Below, one piece after another: positions 39,105 through 47,994 of a stretch of DNA of 64,000 bases. The stretch is taken from contig JAIRXR010000011.1 in NCBI GenBank assembly GCA_031268175.1, positions 115,659 to 179,658 of the forward strand, in the 5' to 3' direction. A program made the translations under genes and the position numbers. Within the stretch, counting starts at the first letter, position 1. Each line of letters begins with the position of its first letter. The notes beneath the pieces were generated by a model. It ran no database searches and was not told where the DNA came from. It saw only the letters and a program-made list of their open reading frames with translations. The DNA is from Puniceicoccales bacterium. Lineage in GTDB: Bacteria > Verrucomicrobiota > Verrucomicrobiia > Opitutales > JAIRKQ01.

Positions 39105-39508
39105 GGCGAACGCATTTTCGAGCCAAAATGGCCATAAACGCCCGCTTGGCAAGAAAAAATTTCCCGGCAATTGGAAATCCGCCCCGCGGATCCTTTCTGG
39201 AAAATCATCGGGCTAGGCTTTCTGCTTGTCCTTTGCGCTCATAACCTCGCCCTTGGCAAAGGTCTTATTCCCTTTTCCCTGTCCAATTTCCCTATCCAAG
39301 AACCTTACACGCTTGCTCTGCTCGCCTGCTCCACTTGGCCCATCCAACGACTTCTTCTCTTTAACTTCCATAGCTTGGGCAATTCTACAAAAAAAATGGC
39401 ACAAGCAAAGAACAAAAGTACCGGCGGCGTTTTTTCACGGGCGAAAGTAGGCAAATGGCGCACGCCGAGACCTAAAAAGCACCGGAGCACAGAATTTGCG
39501 GGCTAAAA

Positions 39509-40111
39509 TCACCAAATTTGGTAGCGCACAAACTGCTTTACCTTGATGTTTTCGCCGATTTTTGCGATCATTTGTGCTATGTGTGCCCCAACTGAGTGCT
39601 GCTGATCCTTCACGAATGGCTGGTCGAGCAAGCAAACCTCGCTATGCCATTTGACCAATTTTCCTGCGACGATCTTCTCGACGACATCTTCTGGCTTGCC
39701 GACACACTGGGCAGCCGCTATGGCACGCTCACTACCCACAACCTCCGGTGGAATCTCGTCGGCGGAAACGTATGCCGGAGACATTGCGGCTATGTGCATG
39801 CAAATGTCTTTTGCAAGCCGTTGAAATTCTTCGTTTCTCGCTACGAAATCCGTTTCGCAATTGAGCTCCAAAAGGACTCCGATGCGGCCACCACCGTGGA
39901 TGTAGGATTGTATCGTACCCTTCGAAACGTCGCGGCCGGCCTTCTTCGCAGCGCTGGCAACGCCCTTTTTCCTCAAAATCACAATGGCCTCTTCCATGTC
40001 GCCGCCAGCCTCAACCAAGGCCTTTTTGCACTCCATCATGCCGGCACCGGAGCGTTGCCGCAGGTCGTTGACAATCTTTGCGCTAATCTCTACCATGACA
40101 ACCTCCATCAA
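39509..40111 (-). CDS. tsf: translation elongation factor Ts (short form)
   Basis: N-terminal UBA-like LRQRSGAGMMECKKALVEAGGDMEEAI, then GRIGVLLELNCETDFVARNEEF. ATGA overlap with rpsB. Confidence 0.9.
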   Translation of the reverse strand: MMEVVMVEISAKIVNDLRQRSGAGMMECKKALVEAGGDMEEAIVILRKKGVASAAKKAGRDVSKGTIQSYIHGGGRIGVLLELNCETDFVARNEEFQRLAKDICMHIAAMSPAYVSADEIPPEVVGSERAIAAAQCVGKPEDVVEKIVAGKLVKWHSEVCLLDQPFVKDQQHSVGAHIAQMIAKIGENIKVKQFVRYQIW

Positions 40112-40944
40112 TTTGCGCCGTCCGCCGCGCTGGCAGCAGCCACGCCCACGTCAGCAATTACAGACATTTCATCCACGATCTCGCGCGACATTGAGACATC
40201 TGGGACGACCGTTATCAAATCATCGGCTGACAGTAGTTTTTTGCGCGATGACTTGCGCTCACCCCTGATGGCTATGCCCTCCTGGACGCCTTCCAAAAAC
40301 AACCCAACTATCATCCTTATGGCCTTGGCGGAGTCGTCGTTGCACATAATCGGATGATTCACCTGCGTCGGATCGGAATTGGTATCAACGATGCCCACAA
40401 CCGGAATTCCAATCTTTTTCGCCTCGGCGACTGCTATGCCCTCGTGCATCACGTCGACAACGAACAGCGCATCGGGCAATCCTTCGATCTGCATCAATCC
40501 TTCAAATCCGTTGCGCATGCGGTTCATTTCGCGGCGAACGGATGCGCCCTCCTTCTTGTGCATCTTGGCGATCTCACCATCCTCATCCATTTTTAAAAAT
40601 TTTCTGTACTTGTTCAGGCTGCGCTCGATCGTTTGAAAATTCGTCAGTGTGCCGCCCAACCAGCGGTTTACGCAAAATGGCATTTCCACCGAAATCGCCC
40701 CCTCTTTCACAACGTCCTTCGCCTGTTTTTTCGTTCCAACGAACCAAACATTGCCACCGCCGGCAACTGCATTTTTTGCCATTTCGCACGCCCCTTCGAC
40801 CTGTTCGCACGTCTTCGCAAGGTCGATGATTGTTATGCCATTGCGATGATCAAAAATATAGGGCCGCGTTTTTGGGTTCCAACGCTTCTTCTGGTGTCCG
40901 ATATGGACACCCGCCTCGAACAATTCCTGCGGCGAGGTTCTCAT
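40108..40944 (-). CDS. rpsB: 30S ribosomal protein S2
   Basis: LFEAGVHIGHQKKRWNPK..., FVGTKKQA, and the conserved rpsB-tsf order. Confidence 0.95.
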   Translation of the reverse strand: MRTSPQELFEAGVHIGHQKKRWNPKTRPYIFDHRNGITIIDLAKTCEQVEGACEMAKNAVAGGGNVWFVGTKKQAKDVVKEGAISVEMPFCVNRWLGGTLTNFQTIERSLNKYRKFLKMDEDGEIAKMHKKEGASVRREMNRMRNGFEGLMQIEGLPDALFVVDVMHEGIAVAEAKKIGIPVVGIVDTNSDPTQVNHPIMCNDDSAKAIRMIVGLFLEGVQEGIAIRGERKSSRKKLLSADDLITVVPDVSMSREIVDEMSVIADVGVAAASAADGAN

Positions 40945-41087
40945 AGTGCCTTTCTCCGTTCAGCGGGGCCGCGAACCATTCGCCGCACGAGCATCCTTGG
41001 ATTTTCTAGTAAAACTAATAATTAGTTTGGACGCTGCATATAAAATCGACATTGACAAGATTTTTTTGAAAATTTTTCACAGAGTAC

Positions 41088-42083
41088 ATGATAGTCGGCA
41101 TAGAAAGCTCCTGCGATGAATCCGCCGTCGCTCTGTTCGATGGAGCGCTCGGCATCATCCACGAGGAAATCGCCTCCCAAATTGATTTGCACGGTGCATA
41201 CGGCGGCGTCGTACCGGAATTAGCTGCCAGGGAGCATGTGAAAAATTTCATACCCCTATTCGAAAATTTGAAAAATTTCGACGTCGGTGGTGTTAGGCTG
41301 GTTGCCGTCACCGGAAGCCCCGGATTGCCGGGATGCGTAAACATCGGGATCGCAGCGGCAAAGGCGCTGGCGCTCATTTTTGGCACACCGGTCGTCGGAA
41401 TCAATCACCTGCATGGCCACCTGTTCTCGCCGTTCATAGGCATCCACGAGGACGATCCGGGACACTTTTTTGCAAATTTAACTTCCCACCTGCCGCACAT
41501 CGGACTGCTCGCTTCCGGTGGCAATACGATTCTGTTCAAAATATCCGAAGGCATGGAAATTACGACCGTCGCAGAAACGCAGGACGACGCTGCGGGGGAA
41601 GCTTTCGACAAGGGTGCAAAATTGCTTGGATTGCCATACCCCGGTGGCGCGCTGGTGGAAAAATTCGCCGAGCTTGGAAATGGAGAAAAATACCCGTTTC
41701 CCAGGGCGTTCGCCGACCCAGATACCATGAAATTCAGCTTCTCCGGCCTGAAAACCAGCCTGCGCTACTTTTTGGAAAAATTTGACGGAGACGTGCGGGA
41801 ACACATGGGCGATATTTGCGCGTCCTACCAGGCTGCAATCGTCGGCGCGCTCGCGACGAAGGTCGGACACGCCATCGTCAAATTTCCGGATTGCAAAAGC
41901 CTAGGCATCAGCGGTGGCGTCTCTAACAACGGCTTTCTGCGCAATGCAATTCGTGCGCTAGCGGAAAAATTCGGCAAAAAATTTCTATCACCGCTTCGCC
42001 GGCACAGCGGTGACAACGCTGCGATGATAGCCTTCGCCGCCCACATCGCAAATGCCTTCCCTGGCATGGCCCAGCCGCTTTGA
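41088..42083 (+). CDS. tsaD: tRNA N6-adenosine threonylcarbamoyltransferase TsaD
   Basis: IVGIESSCDESAVALFD, metal-binding NHLHGH, SGGNT, and GGVSNN motifs. Confidence 0.9.
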   Translation: MIVGIESSCDESAVALFDGALGIIHEEIASQIDLHGAYGGVVPELAAREHVKNFIPLFENLKNFDVGGVRLVAVTGSPGLPGCVNIGIAAAKALALIFGTPVVGINHLHGHLFSPFIGIHEDDPGHFFANLTSHLPHIGLLASGGNTILFKISEGMEITTVAETQDDAAGEAFDKGAKLLGLPYPGGALVEKFAELGNGEKYPFPRAFADPDTMKFSFSGLKTSLRYFLEKFDGDVREHMGDICASYQAAIVGALATKVGHAIVKFPDCKSLGISGGVSNNGFLRNAIRALAEKFGKKFLSPLRRHSGDNAAMIAFAAHIANAFPGMAQPL

Positions 42084-42085
42084 TG

Positions 42086-43255
42086 TCACTTCATCTGTGA
42101 AAAGCTCGGCACGCCACCCTCGTAGTAACATCTAACTTCGCCGATGATTAGCGGAGAGGCGTATTTGAAAAATGGAACGTCAAGTGACATGGTCTCGGCG
42201 GAATACCACGCATCCGGAAATTCCTTCCTATTGTTCGAAACATTGGCAAGGTCCACGCAGCTCACTTCCGAGGTGTACTTGCTGCTATCGGTGCGCAGCA
42301 GCGTAACCATTTTGCCGCTCGCACCAACGGAAACGGCAAGCTCCAGTGCCTTCTGCGAGCACAATTCCGCCTCGGCTACGTCGGTCCCGGACAGAGTCAT
42401 GCAGGACGTCACTTCCCAGTCGCACAGCGCTATTTTGTCTATCTGCACGTCAAAATTTGCCCTGGCAATGAATTCAACGTGCTCCGCAGCGCTCCGCTGG
42501 GAAGCCAAATTTTCCCCCTTCACATTTACCAGCCTATCCCCAACGACAATCACGCAATTTCCCACATCCTTTACCGTTTGGTGCGTATTTTTTACGAACA
42601 TCCCTTCGTCGAATTTCGATAGAATCGTCAAATGTGGAGCCTCGGAACTGTCCCTGCGAAGCCGTGCCAGCGTCGGACCGCTGATCAGCCACTCGTTGGT
42701 GCATCCCCTGAGTTCGAGGATCGTTATCGCTCCATTCGGCTGGATCGACTGAAGGTCCGCCACAACACTCTTCGCCATCACCGCCAGATGCTTCGCCATG
42801 GAGCCGTACCCAAGGCAGTGGTCCGTAAGCTGCATCGCGTTTGTGGCGGACGTTGGTATAAGCATTACGCGCACCTCATAGCCGATCCTTTTTGCAGCCT
42901 CGTCCAAATTTTTACACTGACCAACGACGGAACTGTCGCCTATGGCAAACAGGTAGCGGATGTCGTATTTTCGTAAAATTTCCGAAACCTTGGCCATCTC
43001 GACGGCATCGTGCGGCAGGACTTTCAGCGCCGCTCCAGGGGTTCCGATCAAATTTGCTATGCTTTTCTGCGGTTGCCCAGCCAAATCAATTAGTTGCCCA
43101 CTCAGCAGGTTCTGAAGACCTCCGACGCAACCATAAACCTCCCCGATGCAATCGTAATTCAAGGCTCTTCTGATCAGCGCCGCTAAAATTACATTCGTAA
43201 CCGCCGCCGGCCTCCCCATTTGTAAGATTAAAACATTCCCGCTCAACTCTTTCAT
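42086..43255 (-). CDS. phosphofructokinase-family protein with degenerate catalytic motifs (probable pseudoenzyme)
   Basis: Collinear over its full length with ~400-aa PFKs (…TDHCLGYGS…, C-terminal …PLIIGE…GVPSF). The key motifs are replaced: SGG(D/P) becomes QMGRPAAV, IGG(D/N)(G/D)S becomes IGDSSV, P(K/G)TIDND becomes PTSATNA, EVMGR becomes ELRGC. Confidence 0.6.
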   Translation of the reverse strand: MKELSGNVLILQMGRPAAVTNVILAALIRRALNYDCIGEVYGCVGGLQNLLSGQLIDLAGQPQKSIANLIGTPGAALKVLPHDAVEMAKVSEILRKYDIRYLFAIGDSSVVGQCKNLDEAAKRIGYEVRVMLIPTSATNAMQLTDHCLGYGSMAKHLAVMAKSVVADLQSIQPNGAITILELRGCTNEWLISGPTLARLRRDSSEAPHLTILSKFDEGMFVKNTHQTVKDVGNCVIVVGDRLVNVKGENLASQRSAAEHVEFIARANFDVQIDKIALCDWEVTSCMTLSGTDVAEAELCSQKALELAVSVGASGKMVTLLRTDSSKYTSEVSCVDLANVSNNRKEFPDAWYSAETMSLDVPFFKYASPLIIGEVRCYYEGGVPSFSQMK

Positions 43256-43401
43256 AGAACCTAACTTTATCGGAAACCTGTTTTTAAAACCAAAATAAGC
43301 AACAATTTTTTAAATTTTTCAAATGCTAAAGACCGCTGGCGGCGCCTTAAATTCTTTACGGCACTTTCACTGCGAAAGCCGTCCGCCGTGCGGCTTTGCG
43401 C

Positions 43402-43429
43402 GTGCAAATTTCGTGAGTGCAATTTGCAC
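43402..43429. promoter_or_regulatory. perfect 9-bp inverted repeat GTGCAAATT-N10-AATTTGCAC upstream of the BamE-like gene (candidate operator)
   Basis: Read directly. Sits 13 nt upstream of a TTGACA hexamer (43442-43447) and ~50 nt upstream of the ATG at 43478. Confidence 0.3.
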
Positions 43430-43477
43430 AAAGAAATCTACTTGACAATCACCATGGCATTTACATGTGTTCCCACT

Positions 43478-43963
43478 ATGAGGCGGTTCGTCAGATGTTT
43501 TGCGGTTCTCGCGGTTTCGACTGTGATTCTTTTCGGTGCTACAACGCAATCCGACGCCAGGGCGAGGTCTAGATCTGCAAGAAGACAGGAGCCAGTCGAG
43601 GAACCGGAGCGCATCTCCGCTGGAACTGTGCAGCGCTTCATCAGGAAGGGCATGTACTCCTACGAGGTTGTGGAAGCGCTCGGGTCGCCAAATATGGTGA
43701 CGAAGAATGCCGAAGGAAACGAGACCTGGGTCTACGATAAGATTCGATCGGAGTATGTTGTTAAGCAGTCCGACGGAGGTATTTCCCTTGGAATCGGCGG
43801 CGTCGGGCTAATCGGAACGGGACTCCTCGGTGGTGGTGTGGGCGTCGGCGGGCATTCGTCGAAGGGATCCGGCTCATCGAGCGAGCGCACCCTGACCATA
43901 GTCATACACTTCGACTCCGAGGCCAAAGTTGTTGACTTTTCATACAGAACTACATCTTTCTGA
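43478..43963 (+). CDS. exported protein with a BamE/SmpA-OmlA-like domain and a Gly-rich segment
   Basis: Signal peptide MRRFVRCFAVLAVSTVILFGATTQSDA. KGMYSYEVVEALGSPNMV...ETWVYD resembles SmpA/OmlA. Gly-rich GIGGVGLIGTGLLGGGVGVGG. Confidence 0.4.
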   Translation: MRRFVRCFAVLAVSTVILFGATTQSDARARSRSARRQEPVEEPERISAGTVQRFIRKGMYSYEVVEALGSPNMVTKNAEGNETWVYDKIRSEYVVKQSDGGISLGIGGVGLIGTGLLGGGVGVGGHSSKGSGSSSERTLTIVIHFDSEAKVVDFSYRTTSF

Positions 43964-43974
43964 CCTGGAGGCGT

Positions 43975-44514
43975 ATGCTCAAAATTAGGCTTGAAAAGTT
44001 TTTTGCGTTGTCGATGCTGTCGGCGCTGTGTTGCCTCGGCGGATGCTATTCCGATGGAGATGACAGCGCGAACCGTCAACAGCGTACCAGCGTGGACATA
44101 CAGGCGCTGCAAACGCGCCAGTTCGAATGCTCGTACAAAGTGGCGTTTGCCGCCGTTGTCGATGTATTCCAGGATTTGGGATTTGTCATACAATCCTCTG
44201 ATTTTACAACCGGGTTAGTCATAGCGAAAAGCAACGTGCAAAGTCGCGAGTCGCTCGGATTTTCGACATTCAAACCGGAAACTAAGGCAACGTGGGACGT
44301 CGGGACGGCGCATGTCGAAGAAGTCGGACATAATATCGTGTCGGTGCGCGTTAGCTTCGTCAGGCACAAAAAAGCTTCCTACGAGTATGGGTCTTCGAGC
44401 GAAAGTAGCTTTGCCATAACTGACGGGAGGTTTTATACGAATTTCTTCGAAAAGGTGGACAAGTCGATCTTCATTAGGCACAACCTGAAAGCGACTGCTA
44501 ACGACCCGTTTTGA
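43975..44514 (+). CDS. hypothetical lipoprotein
   Basis: Lipobox LCCLGGC after a hydrophobic signal. 179 aa. No recognised family. Confidence 0.5.
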   Translation: MLKIRLEKFFALSMLSALCCLGGCYSDGDDSANRQQRTSVDIQALQTRQFECSYKVAFAAVVDVFQDLGFVIQSSDFTTGLVIAKSNVQSRESLGFSTFKPETKATWDVGTAHVEEVGHNIVSVRVSFVRHKKASYEYGSSSESSFAITDGRFYTNFFEKVDKSIFIRHNLKATANDPF

Positions 44515-44738
44515 TCTAAAGGGATTGTTTCGCTGTAAATTACGTCTCTCTGTGACGAATGTCATGCACCATGGTGTGCGTTTTAGCGTGCGCCGATCAG
44601 TCCCAGCGGAAAAATGCAGCGGCGGTTTCGCCAGGCGATACGCTCCGCGCGCCAGAACTTTTAGCTTTCATTCGAGTTGTATCACCGCACGCATGCGGAC
44701 GGCAGGGCATTGCCAGGGACGAATTTTTGCTTTTTCCC

Positions 44739-46676
44739 CTACTCAACGACGAGCATGTCGTTGTTCCGAATGCTCTTGCTGTACCGCTGCAGAAATACCT
44801 TCATAAATTCCTCGAGCTGTTCCATGCATACCCTGCGAGATTCGCTATTGGCCAAGTTGTTTTTCAAAAGGAAATCCGATCTCTCGTAAAATCCAACGAC
44901 TTTCATCCCGTCAAACCTTAGTACAAAATCCTTCACTATCAACTGGTAGATGCCATCGACGTAACTCACTGCAAACCGAGGGGCGTCCACATCGAACAAA
45001 CTTGAGCCGAACGAAAAGTAGTCGTGCGAAATTCCTATGAGATCCAAAATTGATGGCATAAGGTCTATTTGCTGTGCGACTTCATCGGATTTTCCGACCA
45101 GCTTCCCGCTCGGATCGAAGAACATCAGAGGAATCGAATAGCCTCCCAGTGTGTTTTTGTAGTACCCTTGCTGCGGACAGGATATGTGGTCTGCGACCAA
45201 CACGAATATGGTATTTTTATACCAGTCCATTTTTTCGGCGGTTTCGAAAAATCTCCGCAGCGAATAGTCAGTGTACGCGATCAGCTCCTGCATCGGTTCC
45301 TTCCCACTACCTTTCGGAAATTTGCCGTGCAATCTTTTGGGATATAGAAATGGATGGTGCGACGACAGCGTGAACAAGACCGAGAAAAATGGTTTTTTGG
45401 CCTCATTAACTTTCTTCGCCACGAATTGGAAAAATTCTTCGTCGTAAACGCCCCAGCCGCTAATGTCCAAAGGAGAGCCATCGTAGTCGCATTCGCAATA
45501 GTATTCCTCGATTTGGGCCTTGGTGCGCAGGCTATCAAAGTTGCACGAATTTCTTTTTCCTCCGTAAAAAAACATGGTCTTGTACCCATCTCTTTGCAGG
45601 AGCAAAGGCAAAGATACGATTGCATTCTCGCCGTAAGCGCTGGTTATGTAGGACGAATTGAACAGTCTCGGAACGCCCAACATGACGGAAGTTAACCCAT
45701 CTATGGACGTTGCCCCATTGGCAAAGCCGTCAAAAACGTAACTCCTTTCGATCAGCGAATCTAAAAATGGAGTAAAATGCCCATCTGGGAGCTCCTTAAA
45801 CTGCCTATCGAGGGCGCCCACGTGCTCCGCCGAAAAACTTTCCAAGATTATTATGAATACGTTTTTTCCCTTGAAATGCTCACTCAAGGCGCATGGTTTC
45901 GCACTTGCGTGTCTCGGAGAAAATTTCACCAATCGGATATCATCCGCTGCAAAGTATCCGCGACGTGGCATGTTTGCCTTTTTTCTCGTGTGGAAAACGT
46001 CAAACGCCGTGTTTTTCACAAGGCACACAGTGCCGCTGGTCGGCGCATAGATGTTTACATCAACGGGCTTTAGCGGTTTGCCCTGCAACCCACCGCGAAT
46101 GCCAATTACCAAAGCAACCATAGACACTAAAAAGTACGCAAAATCACGCCTTCCAATGTTTGCAAATTTTCCCGTTTGCCTAAATTTAAGCATGCACATG
46201 GCGAGCGCACAGATCAAAAATACGCCCACCAACGCAACGTACCAGTAGCGCGTAAGCATGTTAATGTACACCGACGAATCTTCAATCAGCATGGCCGCTT
46301 GGGCAAATATTTCGCCGCCCATGCGCTTGAACGTGAACGAAAACAACTTGGCGTCAACGACGTTTACCAGGATGATTAAGAAATTGACAGCAAAAAACCA
46401 CGTCTGCGCCAGTGCATTAAAAAATTTCCACGACCGTAATTTGGAAGGCAAAGACCAAAATACCCAGATCGGCGCGTTGAAAATCGCAATCGTTGACGCA
46501 TCAAACCTCAGGCCGACGAGAAATGCCAGCGCGACGCTGGCAGAGGTTTCGCCTGACAAAAATTCACGATTGCACAGGAAAAACAGCAAACGTGCGGCCG
46601 AAAAAATAGCCATTAGCGCGGCGAATTTGCACAGCAAAATCACCCAATAATTTTTCTCTTGTCTTTGTTCCAACAT
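44739..46676 (-). CDS. LTA synthase / phosphoglycerol-transferase family protein (membrane-anchored sulfatase-fold enzyme)
   Basis: N-terminal ~5 TM helices followed by an alkaline-phosphatase/sulfatase-like domain (…FIIILESFSAEH…, …LFTLSSHHPF…, …VLVADH…). Confidence 0.75.
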   Translation of the reverse strand: MLEQRQEKNYWVILLCKFAALMAIFSAARLLFFLCNREFLSGETSASVALAFLVGLRFDASTIAIFNAPIWVFWSLPSKLRSWKFFNALAQTWFFAVNFLIILVNVVDAKLFSFTFKRMGGEIFAQAAMLIEDSSVYINMLTRYWYVALVGVFLICALAMCMLKFRQTGKFANIGRRDFAYFLVSMVALVIGIRGGLQGKPLKPVDVNIYAPTSGTVCLVKNTAFDVFHTRKKANMPRRGYFAADDIRLVKFSPRHASAKPCALSEHFKGKNVFIIILESFSAEHVGALDRQFKELPDGHFTPFLDSLIERSYVFDGFANGATSIDGLTSVMLGVPRLFNSSYITSAYGENAIVSLPLLLQRDGYKTMFFYGGKRNSCNFDSLRTKAQIEEYYCECDYDGSPLDISGWGVYDEEFFQFVAKKVNEAKKPFFSVLFTLSSHHPFLYPKRLHGKFPKGSGKEPMQELIAYTDYSLRRFFETAEKMDWYKNTIFVLVADHISCPQQGYYKNTLGGYSIPLMFFDPSGKLVGKSDEVAQQIDLMPSILDLIGISHDYFSFGSSLFDVDAPRFAVSYVDGIYQLIVKDFVLRFDGMKVVGFYERSDFLLKNNLANSESRRVCMEQLEEFMKVFLQRYSKSIRNNDMLVVE

Positions 46677-46678
46677 GT

Positions 46679-47119
46679 GTGATCTTCGCAGATGGGTTAC
46701 GCGAAGAGCTAATGAAAATTTTATACGCGCAAAGGAAAATCTGCAGGAAATTGCTCAAAATGTCCATAATTCTGGCGCTGAGGTACGTAATCAACCCGCT
46801 GAGCTATTCGATCAGCGGCATACGTTTCATGCGCCACGAACGGCCATTTCGCGTGGAATTGGTTTGCGGCATAGTGGTTCTTCCCGTGTGCTTTTGGTTC
46901 TTTGGGTGGAGTTGGAAGCTTTGGTTGCTCGTACTCAATTTTTTCGTGTTGCTAATCGCGGAATGCCTGAACACTGCCATCGAGTCCGTAGTGAATCTCT
47001 CCGCTCAAAACAAAAAACTTCCGCTCGCAAAAAAGGCGAAGGACACGGCCAGCGCTGCGGTCTACATCGCACTGTGGAACATAGCGATTTTCGGAATTTT
47101 CATGCTCACTCTGCGCTAA
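46679..47119 (+). CDS. dgkA: diacylglycerol kinase
   Basis: DgkA core LIAECLNTAIESVVNLS...AKDTASAAV with three TM helices. The true start is probably internal (46712 or 46760). Confidence 0.75.
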   Translation: MIFADGLREELMKILYAQRKICRKLLKMSIILALRYVINPLSYSISGIRFMRHERPFRVELVCGIVVLPVCFWFFGWSWKLWLLVLNFFVLLIAECLNTAIESVVNLSAQNKKLPLAKKAKDTASAAVYIALWNIAIFGIFMLTLR

Positions 47120-47126
47120 ATTCTCG

Positions 47127-47819
47127 CTATTTTTTTAGCAAAAACTCGTCGATTTTTGACGAAATTATTGCAATAACCGAGTCCAGTCCGTTGGCCACCG
47201 TATCTATTTTGCAAACGCCTTCGCCGCAAATGGTTCTCTTGCCGTCCATTTTGTCGCGTTTGCCGATTGAATCGTCCTCATTGTCCTTCTCTCGGCGTAG
47301 GAAACGCTTGCCGGCATCAGCTTCTAGGAAAATCTTTAGGTCGGCACCTGGAAGTACGACGCTTGCTATGTCCCGCCCCTCCATCACTACGCCGTTGAAT
47401 CCGCGAGTGCGGGCGATTTCCACCTGCAATCTCTGATACGGCAGCAGAAATTTCCTCACCTCATCTACAGATGAATACGCCGAGACTGAGTCGTTGACTT
47501 CGCGAGCCCGCAGCTCTTTGTCGCCAAAGGTCTCGCCGCTAATCGTAACGCAGGCAACGTTTTTTGAAATTTCGGAACCGACGGTGGTTTTGGCCAAAAA
47601 ATTTCGGATGCCATCCATGTCGCCGCTTCCAATGCCTGCGCGCATTAGTCCTAGCGTGATGGCTCGGTAGTGAGCTCCCGTAGACACGGCGAGCAGGTTA
47701 TATTTTTCCGCCAGGCGCAGTGACGTCGACGTCTTGCCGGACGCCGCCGTACCGTCGATCGCTATGACCACAAAATTTTCTCCCACGCGGTCCGTGGTAA
47801 ATTTCACCATTTCGCCCAT
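47127..47819 (-). CDS. cmk: (d)CMP kinase
   Basis: P-loop AIDGTAASGKTSTS, YRAITL, GRDIASVVLP. Start taken at MGEMVKF. Confidence 0.85.
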   Translation of the reverse strand: MGEMVKFTTDRVGENFVVIAIDGTAASGKTSTSLRLAEKYNLLAVSTGAHYRAITLGLMRAGIGSGDMDGIRNFLAKTTVGSEISKNVACVTISGETFGDKELRAREVNDSVSAYSSVDEVRKFLLPYQRLQVEIARTRGFNGVVMEGRDIASVVLPGADLKIFLEADAGKRFLRREKDNEDDSIGKRDKMDGKRTICGEGVCKIDTVANGLDSVIAIISSKIDEFLLKK

Positions 47820-47994
47820 TGCTGTGTCCTGAGAATTAAAAGTTTCGGAAAGATCAAATAAAGAGTTAGAAAATTTGCCAATATTTTTAATTGCACCTGC
47901 ACGCGCTAACCTCGCATGCGCACACGACAAACGCCATCGACGTTGGCGAAAATTTTCTCGCAAAAAACTATTTCCCGATAAGTATGGGCCGGTC

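Noticed and set aside
39596-40357. 253-aa plus-strand ORF
   Set aside because: It is antisense to tsf and rpsB, both of which are unambiguous.
46675-47436. 253-aa plus-strand ORF
   Set aside because: It is out of frame with dgkA and antisense to cmk. The dgkA frame (46679-47119) carries the diagnostic motifs.
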